From contig NC_058368.1 in assembly GCF_018350175.1 (NCBI RefSeq), positions 31,002,001-31,066,000 on the forward strand: a DNA stretch of 64,000 nt, given 5' to 3'. The DNA is from Felis catus. Taxonomy: Eukaryota. Below the pieces are notes generated by a model. That model was not told the origin of the DNA and did not search any database. It was given only the letters and a program-made list of their open reading frames with translations. The position numbers were made by a program, and so were the translations under genes. Below are positions 1 to 11,134 of this stretch, in pieces; within the stretch, counting starts at the first letter, position 1; every line of letters starts with the position of its first letter.

Positions 1-865
1 TCTTAAATGGTTTCAAACTGTATTACCATGCACATAAAATACATTTAATTTCTGTTATTGGTAAATTACTAAACATGAATACAAGATTAAATACAGATGT
101 TTGTTATTGTTTTAATATTGGAACTATGGGCAGTAAGCTCTGCCTTTCAGTATCTTGAAACTGAGAGACTGCCATTTCTATAGATGCTCTCTTGGCCCCA
201 AAATAATCTTAAATACAAAATGCAAGTATGAGCCATGAGCTTCTAGACAATATTTGGTTAAAAGGTGGTCACTGAGATGATTCAGAATAAGAATTTTTTA
301 TTATCTTCAATAACTCAAAGTAACATTGGATAGAGAAGTCATGGCCACATGTGAGAATACGTTGCCAACCCCACAGTTTGAGAAACAGTGTACTGTCTAC
401 AGCTATTCTCACTGTAGAGCAAAGTGACAAGATGAGTAGAAAATGAATAAAAAAAATGTTCAAGAGCAAGATGATTGTGGAGTGGAGTGGTAGTGAAAGG
501 ATTCATGGGCAGGAAGGATTTGAGCTCAGCCTTGAAAAAATAAGAGGACTTAAACAGAAAGGAGAGAATTGGAGTCTCAGCAGGCTGAACATCATAAAAG
601 AAGAAGGGGAGAGAGCAAGGTTTGTTCATGGGTTAAGAAGGTGAACTTATTTGGAATGAAGAGTTTGTTCTGAAGAGTATTTCCTGTTTTATGTATAATG
701 AAAAGCTAGAGAAAAATTCTAAGTGAAAAACTGTGCCTCCTTGAAAATGGTGCTTTGGACAAATAATGTAATTTTCAGTGATTAGTGGTGGTGACACTGT
801 TAAACCATAATGATTACCACGTATTAAATGCCTGTGATGTGCATGATAATATATCAGGCATTTTA

Positions 866-936
866 TTTTTTAAAAATTTTTTTAATGTTGATTTATTTAT
901 GAGAGACAGAGACACAGCTCTATTGGGGGAGGGACA

Positions 937-987
<51 letters not shown>

Positions 988-1114
988 TCCAAAGCAGGCT
1001 CCAGACTCTGGGCTGTCAGCACAGACCCTGACCCGGGGCTCGAACCCACAAGCTGTGAGATCATGACCTGAGCTGAAGTCTGATGCTTGACCAACTGAGC
1101 CACCCAGGAACCCC
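866..1114 (-). mobile_element. CanSINE (tRNA-derived, felid SINEC-type) with internal (CA)n expansion
   Basis: Reverse complement begins GGGGTTCCTGGGTGGCTCAGTTGG (A box) and has the B box GTTCGAGCC and an A-rich tail. Flanked by CAGGCATTTTA / CAGACATTTTA, a probable TSD. Confidence 0.93.
939..984. repeat. (CA)n microsatellite inside SINE
   Basis: Uninterrupted CA run read directly. Confidence 0.97.
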
Positions 1115-2784
1115 CAGACATTTTAGATAAAATATCTAATTTCATGATAACCTGAGGCCTAAAAGTTAGATAATACTCTCCTTGTTTTACAGGTAAGGAA
1201 AGAGATCTCAAACGTGTTGGGTAACTTCTCTACAGTAATAGTAAGTGCCCTGAAAGGAGGGATTTAAATCCAGTTTGATACCAAAATTCAAGTTGTTTCT
1301 ACTATATCCTGCTAAGTGAAAGAGGGCTGTCCTTTTCCGGCCCTCTAGTAAACAAATTCTATTCATCAATAAATTAGTCACCCACAATGGAGTCAATCTT
1401 TACTGAGGGAAATCAATTTTGTTTCTTTCACAGAACTGAGTACATAAAGTTTGCACGTGATCAACCTTGCTAACAATAAAGTATACCTTTTTGTGACTAT
1501 CAAGAGAAAAGTAACCTAGTTGGAAATATTTCTATTATGATAAGTTAGCATCTATCAAATACTCTGAGTATGGCATTAGGTTGCATTCACTTTTATCAGA
1601 ATTCGGAAAATATAGGATATTAATAAAAAGGAAATAGTGTTCACCTTATCAGACATTTATTATCCTATACTTTTTTTGTTCATTTTCCTAGAGACAAATC
1701 AATAAAATTTGTAGTCTCAATGAGATAAATAATTGTGTTACTGCATTCCCAAGCCAATTAATGCAATCAGTTTTCCCCTGCTCCTTTTTATTAGTTGCTC
1801 TGAGATACTTAGCAGGTAGGTATAAAATACTCTCAAAGGCATGAAATGGCCCTCAGACTTTGGTGGCAGATAACGGGAGCAATCAACAAGGAGGCACTAG
1901 TCATCATCAAGGAGGCTTCAGTAATAAACTAGGAAATAATGAAAGTCATCCTTAGGGAAGTGGAATCAATATCCAAGTTCAATAGACAATGACATAGAAC
2001 TTTGAAAGGTGGAATGTGGACGGAGAATTGGCAAGTAGAAAAAGAAAGCCAAAAAAAAAAAAAACTTTAAAGGAGGGTGCATTCAATTTGAACACATCAA
2101 GGGACCTAGCAATAGAAATATTGCCTGGGGTTGCTTCTCCTTGTAATTAGCTGGAAATGTATTGGTGTATTGTGGGAGGTGAGGGATGGAATATGTAACT
2201 TGGTCACTTTCTTCCTTTAACTTATGTGTCAGAATATCAGGATGGTCTCATACAACATATGAACCTGGGCTCTTCTGATATGTTACTGGTTTTTATTAGG
2301 TACTTAGTGATTATGCATTCAACAGATGAATAAAGAAGGGAGGGAGGGAGGGAGGGAGGACAGGAGGAAGGGAAGAAGGGAGGGTTACCTAGTGAATTTC
2401 ATTGTTTAAAAGGGTGCAGATCCATAGTTTTCTTCTGCTTGAATCTAGTAAGAACTAACTTTGTGGAGGCAATACTGTAAAGAGATACCAGTTTACTTCA
2501 GAAAGTGCTTGGCGCTGTGCATAGAGTGGCATTCAGCATGTGTATCAGTCAAATATTCTGTTGATTATTCTCTAAACACAGACTGTTGGGCCGTGAATTC
2601 CTGCCCATATTTTTCATGGGTTTAAGGAGAAGTGTTTGAGTAGCCAGTGTAGCCAACAAAGGAGTATGGTCTGGGCCATGTTTAATTCTCTAGCATCAAC
2701 TGATGGAGCTCTTTGCCAGGGCTTCTACATTCCTGACAGTTTGGCAGTTTCTAAAACAGTGATAGAGAATTTGCTGAGAAACAA

Positions 2785-3046
2785 CACAGCACAGGCGTTA
2801 AGAGCAGGAAGTCTGGAGCCAGAGTGCTTGGGATTAGAATCCTCCTTCTACAGTTTACTAATGAGGCAAGTTACTTAACTTCACTGGCCCTCATAGTTCT
2901 CCCTTTTAAAATGGGACTAGTAAGGGATGTCGGGGTGGCTTAGTCAGTTAAGTGTTTGGCTCTTGATTTCAGCCGAGGTCGTGATCTCATGGTTGTGAGA
3001 TCGAGTCCCATGTTGGGCTCTACAATGAACACGGAGCCTGCTTGGG

Positions 3047-3092
<46 letters not shown>

Positions 3093-3235
3093 CCTCCCCC
3101 CTCAAAATAAATAAATAAACATTAAAAAATAAAATGGAGGTAATAATAGTAGCTTCTTCCATGTGTTATGAAAATTAATTAACTATAAAGTGGTTGCAAT
3201 GGTGCTTGCCCCTTATCACATGCTGAACAATATGA
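2785..3235 (+). mobile_element. MIR SINE relic split by a CanSINE
   Basis: MIR-like 'ttaagagca..tctggagccaga..ggcaagttacttaact..aaaatggg' resumes as 'aatggaggtaataatagta' after the CanSINE. Confidence 0.7.
2924..3133 (+). mobile_element. CanSINE (older subfamily) with long (TC)n
   Basis: GGGATGTCGGGGTGGCTTAGTCAGTTAAG head, GGAGCCTGCTTGGGATTCTCTC, (TC)n, AATAAA tail. Degenerate TSD AAAATGGGACTAGTAA / AAAATGGAGGTAATAA. Confidence 0.92.
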
Positions 3236-6200
3236 AACTAATTGAAACTGCATACATTTCTACCAAATAAAATAAAAACACAAAGAAATAGGGCATTCAA
3301 TCTAGCTGGGAAGTTTTGGATAGACTGCCAGTAAGGAATGACAACCAAAAGGGGTGGAGACAGGAACGTGGAGTGCAGGGTGAAAAAAGATTGGCCTGTT
3401 TTGTCTGGATAAAGTATGGGATAGACTTGAGAATGTTTACAGAAGAATGGAAAGATTCAGAACGAAGAGCAAACCTGAAGATAAGAGAGGCAAACCCCAG
3501 AGAACGTAGCAGGGGATGAGATCAATTTCATGGGTGGAATAATTGGCTTTAAACAGAAGCGGGGACAGATAATTGCTCTGGGTTCTTTTGTGCCCCTTTA
3601 TCTTCAACCTGCATTTCTGTCTAGAAACAATGAACTATATTGGGTGTCACGAAAGCCTTAGTTATTGAAAGACACCCTGTGTCACTGATTTTTCACGAAT
3701 TTTCCCTACTTTGTATGCTGTTAACTTGATGTTTAATCCATACGCCTGCTGCTTTGTGTGCTTAGCACGCCTTTTCCTTTAAATTTCATCTCTCCCAGAT
3801 AGAGTTCTCAATTAAGTGGCTCTTCAGCCAAACAATTTTTAATTCCAAGAAACTACTTTGGCATTTCCAGAAACATAGTAAACACAATTAAGTGGGCATT
3901 GCTTGCATTCTCGTTTCCCCCTCAGTGGAAAGTCACCACTGGTTCTCACTGCTTGCTAATAATTGCCTCCCAGAGCTAAGTACTAACAGGGCAGTGACTA
4001 TGTCTGTTTAATCTACTACTCAAATCATAGCAAAGTTTTATGAGGTATATGGGAAATATATCCCATTTCATAATAATGATTACCCACCATTTTTATATAG
4101 GAAAGCTGTTAAAATTGCCTTTAAAAACCAGGGCACAGGAAATGGACTGTTTTGTCAGAGCCCAGTACAAACTTCAACCTAAGAATTGTTATCTTATGAA
4201 AAATATTCTAAGATCTTTTAATTACAAATTTAATTCTCTATCCTATTTGAAATTTTTCTGAATTTTTTTGTAATCTGTCTCTTCAGCCAACAGCTAAAAC
4301 CATGCTAAACAGAGTTTAGTCTCTTTGTATACTTTGTCTCCGTCTAGGCATGTTCATGTTTTCGTGATAACATAAGCTCCATCTAAGAAAAAGCAAAACT
4401 TCCAAGATGTGTTTGGTTTCGCCTTGCCTCGCCCCGACAAATATGTGTCTCTTTTAATTTTATTCTCCATAAGATGGAACAATGAGTTTGAAAAAACATC
4501 TTCAGCTATATCATCAAAGAACTTAGGTGTTTAGCTATGACATTCCCATTAAGTCTACAAAAGAGAATGACTAAAGTCATCTTCTGACTTTGTGACTTTA
4601 ACCATTAATAATCATCAAAACACTGTGAAAAATGATTTCAAGATCAAAGCAAAACATAGCAACTTCAAAGCAGACAGAGAGCTTGGTGCTGAAAAAGCAG
4701 GGTCCTCATAATATAACCCCCATTAGAAGGTTGTAAAAAATCAGGTAAACAAGACCTGGGTCTGAAATAGATCTCTCTAAGAACGTCTGCAGCAATCTAC
4801 CAAGTTTATATTTCTCAGAATTTTGCACAGTTACTTTCAAAATCACTTCTGCCCCCTTCCACAGATGAAATTCAAGTGTACTTTTTGTGATCATTAATCA
4901 CCTAAACAGAATGATAAGTCAACCAGAGGATTTACCATTTAAACTTGCAATTTTGAGAGGGAAAGATAGTGCTATTAATAATTATACCTCAAAAAGAGCA
5001 TTAATTTGATATGTGCTAACAAAATGGAAAGTGCTCTACTATAGTACTGTTATATAAAATAGCTTTTTTTTCAAATAACCATTGAAATAATTTATTTTGC
5101 TCAAACATCTGAGTACTAAAATAATCTCTTCATTAAGAAATTTAATAGCAAGTCATTTCAAGTGTTAAATTATGTTTGTGGAATTCTTTAAATACTTTAC
5201 TTTGGAGTTCTTTAAACAGTTTAATAGGAAAGACCTTTAACATCATATAGCTATTTTTTTCTGATAATAGGACCCCATTTTTCCTTCTTGAAGAGTTCCA
5301 ATGTTTGTTTGTTTGTTTAGGTGCACATATGTATCTTTATTCTTTTTTTACACTGTATGTTAGCCAACTTGACAGTAATTATATTTAAAAAAAAAAGAAA
5401 ATAGCCTTTTTAAAGATGAAATATTGTTCCCTTAGCCCTAGATTAACATTTCTTTTGAAATCTTACCCATTTCTCAACAATTTACTTTGGGTGTTTCCCA
5501 TTAACCAGTCTTAATAATCGCAAGTGTAAGTCTATTCCCTTTAAGTTACAAGAACATCTCATACCACCCTCAAGACACAGATTATATTCAACAACAGTGA
5601 AATGATTTCCAAATGTTAACACTACTATCATATCAAAAAATTCTTGATGAAGTCAATGTGTCACATTTTATATCTCACTCAATAATTGTTGGAGACTTGC
5701 TCATGGAGAACATTTTATTTACCAAACCCTTCAGTCATCAAATACATCAGTTATAGAAAATACACAATTAAGAACAATAAATAATTGTAAAAATGGCTAT
5801 ACTTTTAGCTACTTTTTCACATAAAGTTATTTCAACATGATAGAAATGTTGAATTTTACTTTACCATTTTAGACACAGCTGTTTTATGTCTGTTTCTGTC
5901 TTTACCTTTCTGTATGATTGTGTGTGAGTATCCATTTTTCAAACCATCCTTCTAACCATTTTTCTATAGCAGAGTGTATATAATTGCCATCAGAATCTAT
6001 GTCAAAAATTTGCCCTGTTTGATCTTATTTCTATGTTATACAATCTATATGATTGTGGGTGAGAGTATAAGTTGAGATTGTGTCCTACTTTAATTCATTA
6101 TAATTTATCATTGGATATTTAGAGTGGCTCTCATTTTTTCACTGTGTTAACACTGAAGTAAATATTTTAAAACATGGATTTTTACAACTCTTAAAATTCC

Positions 6201-9056
6201 AAAATAATACCCAAATACATGATTACTGGGCCAAATAGTAAACATGAAAAAGAAGAGATAGTTGCCTTTGAAAAAAGAGTATAAGGGCCAAGACTTTTTA
6301 AGCAAATTTAATTGTATCCTAAGTGACTTATTAGAAATGTATCTTATTTATATATGTTTAATGCAGTGTGATTTAAAAATAAGTGATTCATTTATGATAT
6401 TTGAATAATGAAAGAATATCTAGTTATTGAGAAGTTGAGTTCAGCTCTCTTTTATTATGAGTATAAGTATCTGACTTAAGAATCCCATATCTTTAAGGTC
6501 TGGTTTGATTCATTAGAAATGAATGGATACACAAAAATTCTATAGATAAAATGGATAAGTTAGCAAATAAAAAGTGACAGTATTACTTAAGCATAAAATA
6601 TGCAGTATCACAATTCAGCATGAAGAAAGACAATTTATTCCAGCTAACATTCTCTTAATATCAGTGAGACAGTAAACTAGTTCCCTCTTTACATGCAGAG
6701 ATTTTTCTGTTGTAACATTTTCATGTAAATAATTTTGTCATTATTTTATTGCAAGTGGTGGTTTATTATTTTGTACTAGGCCTGATGCAGAGGAAATTGT
6801 ATTTAAACCTATTTCTTAACCCCTAGTGTCTCTTCCCCACACTCAACTTCTCTTCCTGTCTGTTCATCAACTGTTCATCTATGCACAGTTACATAAAGGG
6901 CTATAAAAAGGAAGCAAGAAACCTACTCTCTGAAAATTGATTATAGTAGGATTTTGCTGATAACTCTCTTCTCAATTTGTTGAAATAATCATTTGGGCAG
7001 AAAGCAAAGAGACTTTTTTCTTTCCAACTAAAACGTTTTGTGGCTACCTTATATGTACATTCACAAAATTAAAAACATCTTGATATTAGTATTTCTATGC
7101 AAAACAATGGGTGTAAATATACTAAGAGTAATTTATACACCAAAAGGAATCAGAGAGATGTGAAAAGTAAAAGATATGTTCAAATTTATAAAAGAGGAGG
7201 AAACTTGAATATAAATGTTCAAGTTCTTATCAAAAAAATTTTTGAAGGCATATGACAGCAAATAATACTTTCTAGTAGTGAAGGATAAGAGAAATTAATG
7301 GCTTGCATTTAAGTAGGAGTGTTATCAAGAAAGCCAAACATATGCTCAAAATATATGGTCATCAAAACCTGACCTCAACGCACATTTCCAGTGTCATTCA
7401 TCTTCAATCCAAGTCTTGTGTCCAAATCTTGCTACAGTGAACTGGCCATCTTTCCCAGAAAAATCATCTTACTTCCACATCGTACTCTTGTTGAATATCT
7501 GCCTCTTCCAATTCTTCTGTTTATGGAAACTCTCATAATTGAAGAAAGAAACTCCCTCCAAAATAATTAAGTATTCTATGATATACTTAATCCCCATAAA
7601 ACTTTCTATGCACCCTCCTATTTATTGTCCACAGGCCAGCATTCTATGAGTCGTCCTCCTAACAGTGGCAAAGTGATGCTCTTTCTATGAAGTAAGGGGA
7701 AGAGTTTTCAAGGCAATCACATTAGCTAATGTATGTAATAAGGCTAAATTACCTCAAAGAACTAATGTTTTAGGGAAAATGTGATAAGTTAGCTGAGATA
7801 AATTATTTTAACTATAAGTTAAAGTCCAAATTTTTTACATGAAGAGAATGAATTCAATTCCCAAATATCATTTAAGTAACTGTTATATTCACAGTTCTAT
7901 GCTAGACCTAATATTACAAACATAAATACATGTAATCTAAAATATACCACTTTAACGCAAGACATTTTAAATGTTAAATGTGATAATATGCCCCATACTC
8001 AAGGTATATGTTTTAAATTAGGTAACTCCACATGATGGAGCAGTTCTTTGACTAAGAGGATTAAGTACTCTTTTACAGAAGAGATGCTACCACTAATAAA
8101 TCAATAAATTTGTGATGATGGAGTAAGGGAGAAAAATCTGAGTAACTGAACGGACCTCATAGTTTCCAGAATGCAGATCCTTCTGCCACAAGATTGCCCT
8201 GAAGGCAACCACACTTTATATACAATATTGTGTATTTACTTACAGTATTTGTGCTTTTAATAATATTAAAACATGTGCATAAATTCTATTTAAATATCTC
8301 ATTTTAAAATAATTATTGTGTTCACAATTATATTTTTACATGTTTGGACCATCTGCTTCCTGTATGAATAGAATTCCAATTTTAGAAGAGCAGTCAAAAA
8401 CGTCATTGAAGTTTTAAAATTTATCTCCCAGGAAAACATTTAATATATAAAAGATGTTTGCATTAAATATTTATATTATATTGAGTGGAGTCAAACAAAT
8501 AGCAAAATTGTGTTTTTCACTCATAATTTTTCTACCATATCACCTTTTTCTTCCAGGTAGGTTGTAGGTTTCAATGGAAAAACGATGCTACTGTGTCTAG
8601 CTTTACATGGAGGAGAGGGAAAAGAGATAATGACTTTTAAAGGGAAAAATTCAAAGGTGCTCTTTGTATCTGTTGGTTTCTTTCTTGAATAAATTATAGT
8701 GTCACCAGATGCTTACTCTTAACTTTGTATCACCAAACACAGTTTCCCAGGTCCCAAACCACAATGAGACTTATTTCCTCCAGTCTCCAGGTATAAACAC
8801 AGGAACAGAATTCTTATGCATTATTCATTTTACTGATTACCATTTCTCCAAATGTCTCCACAGAGCTTGAGTCTTGTTCTCGGACAGAGAGATACAAGTG
8901 AAGTGGTTGACACCAAAGCCCTCATTAGAGCACAGATGACTAGTGTAAGCCTAGTATGGTCATTCTGACCTTGACAGTGATCATATGGTCTAATTTGAAC
9001 AAATGAACTGTAAGGATAAATGAGCTTAGTAAATCCCAGAGAGATTTCCTCATTCC

Positions 9057-9212
9057 AAAAAAAGAAAGAACAAGGACAAGGACAAGGACAAGGAGAAAAA
9101 GGGGGAGGGGTGGGGGAGGGAAGAGGAGGAAGAAGGCACCAGAGGAGGAAGGAAGAAGGAAGAGAAAAAGCAAAAGAAGAAAGAAAGTAAAGCAATGGAA
9201 AAAAAAAAAGAT
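9057..9212. repeat. Purine-rich low-complexity tract with (CAAGGA)4 and G-runs
   Basis: Read directly; it is the source of spurious ORFs 8830-9297 and 8940-9275. Confidence 0.85.
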
Positions 9213-9429
9213 GAACATAATTTTGTTTAGAATTGAATCTAGAACACTTGCTTCCATGTTTCCTACTGGAATCAAAACTTAGGAAATTCTGACACATTAC
9301 AGATATCAGAGCTAAGAATCACAAAACAAAACAAAAGTATGGCTCCACTCCACTATGACACTATTGAATCATAAAATCAAACATAATTGCCCAACCTTTA
9401 GACTTTGTTTATTGAGATGATAAACTACC

Positions 9430-9432
<3 letters not shown>

Positions 9433-9481
<49 letters not shown>

Positions 9482-9506
9482 CGCGTGCGCATGTGTGTGT
9501 GTGTAT
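9433..9506. repeat. (TG)n(CG)n compound microsatellite
   Basis: Alternating purine-pyrimidine tract read directly. Confidence 0.95.
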
Positions 9507-10459
9507 GTGGTGTATTTTTTAATTAAGATTTTATTTTTTAGAGCAGTTTAAATTTCACAGCAAAATTGAAGGGAAGTTATAGTTATTCTCCTTTCTTGTA
9601 ATATCTGTCTGACTTGGGTATTAGAGTAATGCTGGCCTCATAGAATGAGTCCGGAAATATTCCTTCCGCTTCTGTCCTCTGACAGAGATAGTAGAGAACT
9701 GGTATAATTTCTTACTTAAAGGTTTGCTAGGATTCACCAGTGAATCCATTTGGCTTTTTGTGCTTTCCGTTTTGGAAGGTTATTAATTACTGAGTCAATG
9801 TCTTTAATAGATGTAAGCCTATTCAGATTGTCAATTCCTGTGTGAGTTTTGGCACATCATGTCTTTCAAGGCATTGGTCTATTTCCTCTAGGTTGTCAAA
9901 TATGTGTGCCTATAACTAGTAATAGTTATACTAGTAATAGTATTACTAGTAATACTAGTAATAGTATTCCTTTGTATTCTTTTTAATATCCAAAACATCT
10001 GTAGTGATCCCCTTTCTTTCATTTCTGATATAAGTAGGTTGGGTCCTTTCATTTCCTCTTATATACCTAGCTAGATGCTAATTGATTTCATTAATCTTGC
10101 CAAAGTACCAGCTTTTGATTTCATTGATTTTCTCTATTGATTTCCCATTATCAGTTTCATTAATTTCTGCTCCAATTCTTATTGTTTATTTTCTTTGGCT
10201 TACTTTGGAGTTAATGTGCCCTTTTCTTTGTAGTTTCCATAGATGGAAAGTTAGATTATAGAATTTATTTACTTATGTATTTATTTATTTATTTTCAAAT
10301 ATATGCATTAAATGCTATAAATTTCCCTCTAATTACTGTTTTCCCTGCATTCCACAGATTTTGATAAATTGTGTTTTAATTTTAATGTATTTAAAGTATT
10401 TTAAATTTCTCTTGATATTTCTTCATTGACCCATGTCTTATTTAAAATTATGTTGTTTA

Positions 10460-10677
10460 GGGGCGCCTGGGTGGCGCAGTCGGTTAAGCGTCCGACTTCA
10501 GCCAGGTCACGGTCTCGCGGTCCGTGAGTTCGAGCCCCGCGTCAGGCTCTGGGCTGATGGCTCGGAGCCTGGAGCCTGTTTCTGATTCTGTGTCTCCCTC
10601 TCTGTCTGCCCCTCCCCCGTTCATGCTCTGTCTCTCTCTGTCCCAAAAATAAATAAATGTTGAAAAAAAAATTTTAA
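10460..10677 (+). mobile_element. Young felid CanSINE (SINEC_Fc-like), full length, no matching 3' TSD
   Basis: GGGGCGCCTGGGTGGCGCAGTCGGTTAAGCG head, B box GTTCGAGCC, CpG-rich, A tail. Confidence 0.97.
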
Positions 10678-10767
10678 GAGCCTGACGTGGGGCTCGAACT
10701 CACGGACCGCGAGATCGTGACCTGGCTGAAGTCGGACGCTTAACCGACTGCGCCACCCAGGCGCCCC
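10678..10767 (-). mobile_element. Young felid CanSINE, 5' 90 nt only
   Basis: Reverse complement matches 10460-10549 with 2 mismatches; the 3' body and tail are absent. Confidence 0.95.
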
Positions 10768-10920
10768 AGCTTTTTGTGGTTTTAATTGAACATTTTATAT
10801 TTATTTTGAGCATTTTCTCACCTTTCTCAGCACAATAGTTTCACTGTTATAATTTTTTACTTTGTTTAGTGGTTATCCTAGAGTTTGCAATATACATTTA
10901 CAGCTAATCCAAGTCCACTT

Positions 10921-11134
10921 TTATTTTCTTTCAATTTTTTTAATGTTTGTTTACTTCTGAGACAAAGCATAAGTGGGGGAGGGGCAGAGAGAGAGGGAGA
11001 CACAGAATCAGAAGCAGGCTCCAGGCTCTACACTGTCAGCACAGAGCCCGACACGGGGCTCCAACTTACAAACCGTGATATCATGACCTGAGCTGAAGTT
11101 GGTCGCTCAACCGACTGAGCCACCCAGGCGCCCC
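10921..11134 (-). mobile_element. CanSINE
   Basis: Full SINE body; TSD CCAAGTCCACTTTT on both sides. Confidence 0.95.

Noticed and set aside
1175..1200. TTGTTTTACAG|GTAAGG ratchet-like motif
   Set aside because: It corresponds to the MIR core 'cccattttacagatgagg', so it is explained by a repeat.
785..1211. ORFs with THTH/CVCV runs, and similar SINE ORFs (10885, 13698, 20487, 21003, 22706, 37557, 51790, 58500, 59458, 60611)
   Set aside because: They are translations of CanSINE bodies and microsatellites.
8830..9297. 155-aa and 111-aa hydrophobic/proline-rich ORFs
   Set aside because: They are reverse translations of a purine-rich low-complexity tract.
10460..10550. tRNA gene (A and B boxes)
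   Set aside because: It is the tRNA-derived head of a CanSINE, followed by the SINE body and tail.
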